From a virus (taxonomy: Duplodnaviria; Caudoviricetes): a stretch of 64,000 nt of DNA. Both the position numbers and the translations under genes were made by a program. Below, one piece after another: positions 57,568 to 64,000 of this stretch. Numbering within the stretch: the stretch's first letter is position 1; each line of letters starts with the position of its first letter. The DNA lies in the IMG/VR virus record IMGVR_UViG_3300013901_000008, positions 1 to 64,000 of that record; one strand, 5' to 3'. Below the pieces are notes generated by a model. That model searched no databases. It was not told the origin of the DNA and was given only the letters and a program-made list of their open reading frames with translations.

Positions 57568-57604
57568 TTTGTCCCTATCTCGAAAGTAAAAAGCCTTACC
57601 TTTG
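57568..57604 (+). promoter_or_regulatory. putative late promoter TTTGTCCC-N21-TACCTTTG (head operon)
   Basis: Shared motif and spacing. Confidence 0.65.
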
Positions 57605-57696
57605 CCCACAGAAAAAGCGAAACATTCTTAGGTAAAAAGAATTGTTTTCAAGGATAACAGCAAACATACATTAATATTAAACTTTTGATTCTCCAC

Positions 57697-59376
57697 ATGA
57701 AAGGACTTTTAGAAATCCTTACCGAAAAGAAGTGGATGGTATCGCCAACCTTTGTGCATGGCATCAAGAAAGCCTTGGAGCAGAACCTGAATACCCATGC
57801 GGTATTCGAGAAGCCCGAAAGGACTTGTGGTTTCGTCAAGGAGACACTTCCTGATGGTGCGATGATTTATCCGGAGGAATATCAGATTTCCGAGGATGGC
57901 AAGCTGGTACGTGGCAACTGGGCTTTGGATGAGGACGACCTTCAGACGTTCCCATTCGTGAGCGTGCTCACCGTGGATGGTCCTATCACTCGCAATGGCG
58001 GTGGTTGCTCGTATGGCAGCATCGACCATCGAGACATGATGATCCGTGCGGCCAATCATCCGCTCTGTCGAGGTCACATCTTTATCATCAATACGCCTGG
58101 TGGTTCGGCTTGGGCTAAGAACGATTATCAGCAAGCCATCGAGTATGCCCGTTCCTTGGGTCAGCCAGTTATCGCCTTCGTAGATGGCATGTGTGCCAGC
58201 GCAGGTATGTACCTCGCTTCTCTTTGCGACGAGCGATACTACATGCACCCGAAAGACGAAATCGGTTGCATCGGTGTGATGGCAGCATTCTACACCCAGG
58301 CAGATGGTAGCAAAAACCAGTTTACGGATGAGACCTACCACGAGTTGTACGACCCTGAGAGTTTCGACAAGAACCGTGAGTTCCGTGATATAGCCAACGA
58401 TGGCAACACCAAGGCACTCGTAAAAGAACTTGCCGAGTTGGGCGTGGAATTTAGAGCCGACGTTAAAGCGGCTTGCCCTAACGCCAAGGATGAGCATCTA
58501 CACGGAAAGATATTCGATGCAGAAAAGGTAAAGGGTATCTTGATGGACGACCAGAGTGATTTCTTCTCTTGCGTACATCGTTGCTTCGACATCTACGATG
58601 GTAAGGCAGAACCTATCAGCCGTGAGGCTCCCGATGAGCCGGAAGACGAGCCAAGTAGCGACCCAGCCGAAGACCCTAACAAGGCTTCTTCTCGAAAACA
58701 GGATAACAACAATTCTAAACTCAATATCAATATGGCAAACTATCCACTTATCAGTGCTGCCTTGTGTCTGAAAGATGGTGATTTGGCAGTTAAGGAGGAT
58801 GGCGCATTTATGAATGCCCCTCTTCTCGATACGCTCGAAGCACATCTTAACACAACCAAGCAGCAGGTAGTCGATGCACAGCAGAAGGCTACCCAGGCAG
58901 AGCAGAGTCTTGCCGACTTGCAGGCTAAACTCGATGCAGCCAACGCGCAGATAGCAGAAGCTAAGAATGCACAGACGGTGGCTGAAAAAGCACTCGCCGA
59001 TGCAAACCAGGCTCACGCTAAGGCAATCGAAAATCTCAACACCGAGCATTCTGATGCCCTCGCCAAAAAAGACGAGACTATCGCCAAGAAGGACGAGGAA
59101 ATCAAAAATCTTACTTCCGACAAGGCTAAGGCTGACGAGGAGTTGAAGGGTGCAAAGGATGCACTCGCCACCGCCGAGCAGACCATCGCCGACAAGGATG
59201 CACAGATCAAGGCTCTCGGCGAGGATGCAGGTGAGGCACCTGATGCAGGTGCGGCTCCTGAGAACAATGGCGAGGGTGCAAAGGTTCAGACTCTCCGTGA
59301 GTTCGACCCATCTCCTTACAAGACCAACAAGGAACGTAAGGAAGCATTCGAGCGTTACAAGCGTGGTGAGGAGTAA
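57697..59376 (+). CDS. S49 (SppA/ClpP-like) prohead protease fused to a coiled-coil scaffold
   Basis: INTPGG, GMCASAGMYLAS, IGCIGV; A/K/E/Q-rich coiled-coil C-terminus. Confidence 0.88.
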   Translation: MKGLLEILTEKKWMVSPTFVHGIKKALEQNLNTHAVFEKPERTCGFVKETLPDGAMIYPEEYQISEDGKLVRGNWALDEDDLQTFPFVSVLTVDGPITRNGGGCSYGSIDHRDMMIRAANHPLCRGHIFIINTPGGSAWAKNDYQQAIEYARSLGQPVIAFVDGMCASAGMYLASLCDERYYMHPKDEIGCIGVMAAFYTQADGSKNQFTDETYHELYDPESFDKNREFRDIANDGNTKALVKELAELGVEFRADVKAACPNAKDEHLHGKIFDAEKVKGILMDDQSDFFSCVHRCFDIYDGKAEPISREAPDEPEDEPSSDPAEDPNKASSRKQDNNNSKLNINMANYPLISAALCLKDGDLAVKEDGAFMNAPLLDTLEAHLNTTKQQVVDAQQKATQAEQSLADLQAKLDAANAQIAEAKNAQTVAEKALADANQAHAKAIENLNTEHSDALAKKDETIAKKDEEIKNLTSDKAKADEELKGAKDALATAEQTIADKDAQIKALGEDAGEAPDAGAAPENNGEGAKVQTLREFDPSPYKTNKERKEAFERYKRGEE

Positions 59377-59476
59377 GCACTCGTAGCTCCATCCCCCATC
59401 GGGTAATACTAAAGATTCAGTTTAAGCAAAAATTTTCTTTTCATTTTTTATTTAATTTTTAAAAGGATAACAAATT

Positions 59477-60772
59477 ATGGCAACAACTCCTAAAGATTTT
59501 ATCGGCAAAGATGCCCTTCAGCACGTTGCCGAGCAGGTAACTAAGGAAATCCTCATGGGTCCTGGTTATACTGATGCCGAGGAGATGGATCGCTTGGGCA
59601 TCGACATCGTGTCTGGTGTTCAGTACAAGCGTACCATCCACATCCTTCTCCGTAAGGGTGGTACCACTCGCCGTAAGGACGTTCATACCAAGGTGAACAG
59701 CGAGGTAGGTTTCCTCAAAGAGCGTACATTGACCGTGAAGCTCGCTTGGGACCATTATACCGACAATATCGACAAGTACTGCGAGACAGTATTTGGCACA
59801 GACGCACAGGGTCAGTACCCTCTCTCTACAGAGGCTGCTACCGCTATCCTTGCCAACTATGCCGACAACTTGACCGCTTGCTTGTGGAACGGTGATATTG
59901 ACCTCGACAAGGGCGAAGCAAGCACACCTGCATCCGACCAGGCTTTGGCTCTCTATGATGGTTTCCACACCTGTGTGAAGCACGACGTAGAGGACGGTCT
60001 TATCAGCGAGGCTAACGGCAACTTGATTCCTTGTGATGCAATCACAGAGCCTGCTGACAACAACGACTCTACTCCTTACGACAACTTCTTGGCTTGGCAC
60101 TTGAAGTGGGATGCACGTCTTCGCAAGCAGAATGTACTCGTTTACATGAGCGAGCAGACAGCCCAGTACATCGCAGCAGGTTACGCCAACAAGTTCCATG
60201 GCAACTTTAAGGTTGACTATGAGGACGGTGGTAACTTCAAGCTTCCTGGCTTGAGCCGTGTTACTATCTGCCCTATCGCAGACTTCGGCGAGGGTGATCG
60301 CATGTACGTAACCATCCCTAAGAACTTCGTTTATGCTGTTGACTCTGAGGGCAACCAGACCTACGTAGGCGTTAAGGTTGGCACCGACGACGATATGCGT
60401 GATATTCAGTTCCAGATTCAGTCAATCCAGGGTGCAGGTATTCGCAACCCATTCAAGTATGCGTTTGCGATGTCTGATGGCTCTCTTGCCAAGGCTGAGT
60501 ATGTGGCTGGCGATTACACCAACACCAAGTTGGTAGTAAACATCGTAGGCGACAAGGAAGGTACTGTTGATGGCGAGGTTAGTGTAAACGGCACTAAGTA
60601 CGAGGCTCCTGTAGATACATCTATCAACCAGGTTCTCTCTTTGGAGGCTAAGGATGGCACCAACTTCACATTCTCTCACTGGGAGAATGGTGACACCAAC
60701 AAGAAGCGTCAGATGATTGCCACCGGCATGAGTATGGGTGTTACAGCCTTCTTTAAGAAGGCTAACGGGTAA
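59477..60772 (+). CDS. major capsid protein with C-terminal Ig/InlB-B-repeat-like domain
   Basis: Follows protease-scaffold; biased codon use; C-terminal FTFSHWENG...VTAFF. Confidence 0.75.
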   Translation: MATTPKDFIGKDALQHVAEQVTKEILMGPGYTDAEEMDRLGIDIVSGVQYKRTIHILLRKGGTTRRKDVHTKVNSEVGFLKERTLTVKLAWDHYTDNIDKYCETVFGTDAQGQYPLSTEAATAILANYADNLTACLWNGDIDLDKGEASTPASDQALALYDGFHTCVKHDVEDGLISEANGNLIPCDAITEPADNNDSTPYDNFLAWHLKWDARLRKQNVLVYMSEQTAQYIAAGYANKFHGNFKVDYEDGGNFKLPGLSRVTICPIADFGEGDRMYVTIPKNFVYAVDSEGNQTYVGVKVGTDDDMRDIQFQIQSIQGAGIRNPFKYAFAMSDGSLAKAEYVAGDYTNTKLVVNIVGDKEGTVDGEVSVNGTKYEAPVDTSINQVLSLEAKDGTNFTFSHWENGDTNKKRQMIATGMSMGVTAFFKKANG

Positions 60773-60807
60773 GTTTCGGCTTCTCCACAAACTCTAAATA
60801 AATCCTT

Positions 60808-60861
60808 TGGGCGGCGGATAGCTTGACTTGACGGAACACAGCTTCCGTCGCCCTTTTCTTT
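60808..60861 (+). terminator. terminator after capsid gene
   Basis: GGGCGGCGGA...TCCGTCGCCC followed by T-run. Confidence 0.6.
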
Positions 60862-60897
60862 TCGTTTTTATTTGTTTGATTAAAAATTGATACAACT

Positions 60898-61455
60898 ATG
60901 GCAGATACAGTAACATGCCCCCAGCTCCACGATGTACTCAACGATGATGAGTGCTTGGAGAACCGCGCTGGTCTTGGCATTAACGTCTATATCGGATTGA
61001 AGAGTGAACTTTCCGCCCCCCTCACTGCTACGGAGAATGTCTATTCCACCCCATCCTTCCAGAGTGGAAAGGGTCTCTACAAGGTAGAGGGTAAGGATGA
61101 CGCGCAGCAGATTCAGGGTTCTTCCCTTGGTTATCGCAAGGGATTTGAACTTACTTGCAATTTCGCCATTGACTCTGTAAATGAGGCTGGTGGTAAGTTG
61201 GCTCGTGCAATCAATAACCGTGATATTTTTATTATCGTAAAGGATAACGAGAAGTCACAGATTATGTATGACCCTGACAAGAAGGTTAAGTTTGACTCAG
61301 GCGGCATTAAAACAGACACGGGAGCCAAAAGCGACGACGACCGTAGCACGACCTTCGAGGCAAAACTTTCGAGCGTAAATTATCCAAACCTTTACGTGAC
61401 TGAGCCTTCCGCTGGCGGTTGGGATTCCCTCTTGGCTTCTAAGGCGGGGGAATAG
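60898..61455 (+). CDS. putative major tail tube protein
   Basis: 185 aa beta-rich, DTGAKSDDDRSTT motif, after capsid gene; -1 frame extension to 61613. Confidence 0.6.
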   Translation: MADTVTCPQLHDVLNDDECLENRAGLGINVYIGLKSELSAPLTATENVYSTPSFQSGKGLYKVEGKDDAQQIQGSSLGYRKGFELTCNFAIDSVNEAGGKLARAINNRDIFIIVKDNEKSQIMYDPDKKVKFDSGGIKTDTGAKSDDDRSTTFEAKLSSVNYPNLYVTEPSAGGWDSLLASKAGE

Positions 61456-61897
61456 TAGGCGGAACTGATAAGAGCGACATTAATTCCGCCAACACACCGT
61501 CTTCGGATAGCGCAGCCGAGAATGCTGCATCCAAGCAGTCTTCTAAGTCGAGCGCAAAGAACGTAGCTTCCATCAATGATGAGACGGATACTCCCACTGA
61601 AGACGAAGAATAATCGCTCCCCGAAATTCTGATGGATTTCGATTGGCAATTTAAACTCATATTTCCAAAAGCCTCGGTATCGAGCCTTCTATGATGTAAG
61701 GCAAGGTATCGGGGCTTTTTCTATGAATATATCCAAGATATAGCCAATAATGTATAATTTACGTTAAACGCTATATCCCAAACATTATTTATATATCTAA
61801 AAATTTGCGTATATTATATTTATTTCTTAAATTTGCAGCCGAATTTAAATAATAAATATAACTGGGATATTTTCGTATAAGATACACAAAGACGAAT

Positions 61898-62059
61898 ATG
61901 GCAGTCAATTTGAAACATTGTTCCATGAAGCCAGATACCAAGCCATGCTGGGTATGTTTGCATGGTGCTCTCTGCATCGGTGGCTTATACTGCATGAAGC
62001 ACAAGCGATACATACAGTATCAAGATATAGCAGAATGCGAGGACAAAGAAATCGCATAA
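61898..62059 (+). CDS. small Cys-rich protein (53 aa, not in ORF track)
   Basis: MAVNLKHC...CWVC...C...YC; downstream of a TAAATTTG promoter. Confidence 0.5.
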   Translation: MAVNLKHCSMKPDTKPCWVCLHGALCIGGLYCMKHKRYIQYQDIAECEDKEIA

Positions 62060-62146
62060 CACATCGTAGGCAATAAACGAACAATGGATGATAGATAATA
62101 AACAAATAAACAATAAACAACAGATAGTAAACAACAAATTACGACT

Positions 62147-62539
62147 ATGGCAGAATTTAAATCCATACTCCTTACGGAGCAGGCTTGGATGAACAGCCAT
62201 CTAAGCGTTGCCCGATACAGCGGAGGCGTAAGCATTCCAACCGAGGACGGACAGAAGACGTTCCTCATCGTGGATGAGTTGGGCAGAGACCTCACACAGG
62301 TCAGCATTCCGCCCGGTAAGCCAGCCGACTTGATAGACCAAGAGTTTATCCCTTATTACAAGACCTTGGGCAGAGATGTGTTCATCGGTATCGTAAAAGC
62401 CAATCCGCTTGTTTCCCGAAAAGAAATGAAGAAAATCCTAAAGGAGGCAGCAGACTGCAAGAAGTTGGGAGACAAGAAGAAGAAAGAGGCTGAGGAGGCA
62501 AAGATAAAAGCAATGTCGCCCACCCTCGATTTCGAGTAG
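62147..62539 (+). CDS. hypothetical protein
   Basis: 130-aa ORF. Confidence 0.7.
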   Translation: MAEFKSILLTEQAWMNSHLSVARYSGGVSIPTEDGQKTFLIVDELGRDLTQVSIPPGKPADLIDQEFIPYYKTLGRDVFIGIVKANPLVSRKEMKKILKEAADCKKLGDKKKKEAEEAKIKAMSPTLDFE

Positions 62540-62732
62540 TATATATTATATATAAGGAGTAAGAGCAAGACGATTCTTCATTCTTCGTTCTTCACTCTTC
62601 ACTTAAAAGGTAAATGACTTCGGAGTTTTGGCTTCCGTCAAGATTATCGCCGAACTACCTATCATCATTTGCCGATAAATAGATAAGAATCATTTTTATT
62701 AACAACAAAAATATTAAAGGATTTATTGAGAA

Positions 62733-63176
62733 ATGAGAACATTAACAGAGTTTCAGAACGAGGTGCTCACTCCCCTTCGTGAGGAGCGAGACAAGAAGAT
62801 GGCGGCAACCTACGCCAAGGAGCATGAGATTAAGAAGACGTACATGGATATAAAGAACCAGTACTCTCTCGAACAGATTGCTTTTGAGCGTCAGCAGAAG
62901 AAAGAACTTGATGATTTCACCGCCGAGCAGGAACGCAAGTTCCGTGAGTTTTGCATCAAGGCGAAAGCTGCAAAGGGAAAAGCCTACGATACTTGGCACC
63001 AGGGTTGCTGCGAGGTGAAGATTCAACGCCGTAGTATTCACGAGACCTATCAAAATCAGTTTGACCTCGCCATCTCCGAATATAATAAGGAGCGAGTGGC
63101 AGCAGGTACCCCCCCATTAATGTTCCATTACCCAGGACAAACACTGGAGGAAGTGAGTCAAGAAAGTAAGTCATGA
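62733..63176 (+). CDS. hypothetical coiled-coil protein
   Basis: 147 aa; C7 tract at 63109-15 is in frame. Confidence 0.65.
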   Translation: MRTLTEFQNEVLTPLREERDKKMAATYAKEHEIKKTYMDIKNQYSLEQIAFERQQKKELDDFTAEQERKFREFCIKAKAAKGKAYDTWHQGCCEVKIQRRSIHETYQNQFDLAISEYNKERVAAGTPPLMFHYPGQTLEEVSQESKS

Positions 63177-63886
63177 GTTTTAATGGAACGAAAACACCTC
63201 TCAAACCTACGGGTAAGGCGAAGTATCAGATACCTTTGCGAGAAACGCCCACCAGCCATGGTGCGAAGAAGTATTGCTTAGAGGGAGAGCTGAAGGAGAA
63301 GTTCATCAAGCTCTTCCCCAAAAACTCCAACCGCAGAATGATGAAATGGTTTGGTATCTCCTTTTCCACCCTTCGCCGATTGAAGACCGACTTGGGATTA
63401 GAGAAGGACATGAAAGCCATCAAGCACCAACAGGCGATGGACGTAAAGAAGGTTTGCGAGAAGAACGGATATTACGATTCCTTACGAGGCAAGCCCATGC
63501 CCGATGCTTGCCAGGAGGCTTGCAAACAGCTAAGGGCATCAGGATTCCACCCGATGAGAGTTATCAAGGAGCGACAGCCCCGAAGATACAAGAATATTCT
63601 CCGTAGGCGCAGCGAGGCAAGGAAGAAGTTGATGGCAGACGAGAAGCGCAGATTGCTTTATGGTTTGGACCAACATACCAAGCTTCACGTCACATTGAAA
63701 CCGATGAACTCCTCTGCATCCTCTTTCAAACATCTTATGAAGAGAAAGTACAATTACTTTTCCATTCGTGAGCATCCATGGTGGATATGTTACGATAAGC
63801 ATACTGACCGCCGACCTCGAAGCGAAGAGACTGCCAAGAAACATGGCTTCATTATCGTAGAGGGAGAGGATGATCCTGATGAGTAG
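63173..63886 (+). CDS. basic hypothetical protein with HTH-like segment
   Basis: MMKWFGISFSTLRRLKTDLGL; ATGA overlap with upstream gene. Confidence 0.7.
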   Translation: MSFNGTKTPLKPTGKAKYQIPLRETPTSHGAKKYCLEGELKEKFIKLFPKNSNRRMMKWFGISFSTLRRLKTDLGLEKDMKAIKHQQAMDVKKVCEKNGYYDSLRGKPMPDACQEACKQLRASGFHPMRVIKERQPRRYKNILRRRSEARKKLMADEKRRLLYGLDQHTKLHVTLKPMNSSASSFKHLMKRKYNYFSIREHPWWICYDKHTDRRPRSEETAKKHGFIIVEGEDDPDE

Positions 63887-64000
63887 ATTATAACATAAAA
63901 GGTAAAGAAGAAATGAACACAAAACAGCAAAACGTTCTTCGCTCATTGCTGAAGAAGTATCAATATAAGAATGTGAGCAACATGGTGCGCATGGCTCTCG

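Larger units (their letters stand above)
1..64000. mobile_element. phage-plasmid (temperate siphovirus with par/Rep/iteron replicon), Bacteroidetes host inferred
   Basis: Terminase, capsid, tape measure and holin co-occur with ParA, RHH adaptors, iterons and Rep; no host housekeeping block in the window. Confidence 0.8.

Noticed and set aside
13829-62605. Heptamer/octamer microrepeats (TTCTTCA-type at 13829 and 62573; others near 14870, 36615, 40140, 52410, 56095, 62095)
   Set aside because: Low-complexity intergenic repeats common in Bacteroidetes DNA; no specific function can be supported.

Overview
This 64 kb window looks like part of a large temperate Bacteroidetes (Prevotella-like) siphovirus that is also a plasmid (phage-plasmid). 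Host assignment is inferred from TAnnTTTG promoters, AT-rich leaders and gene content. It carries a leading/anti-defence region (J-domain+LPD29 polyvalent protein, MTase-DUF4942), a parS-parA-2xRHH-iteron-Rep replicon, a repressor switch, primase-helicase/SSB/beta-clamp, tRNA-Thr, nucleotide genes (gmk-like, thyX, MazG), terminase, holin, tape measure, S49 protease-scaffold, capsid and tail tube. Main finding: a circularly permuted C5-cytosine methyltransferase with no recognisable TRD of its own is surrounded by at least 10 separate TRD-like minigenes, most of them translationally coupled. Six carry G6-G9 tracts, and 5 read OFF by a single-base frameshift in the tract. Two further amino-MTases are also frameshifted exactly at G/C tracts. 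Together this suggests a combinatorial, phase-variable methylation system with specificity subunits supplied in trans. Also seen: two large nested-stem RNA candidates, a tRNA-like element, a five-copy late-promoter motif, a second iteron-like array and a -1 frameshift extension of the tail tube. All calls come from manual motif reading; no database search was run.
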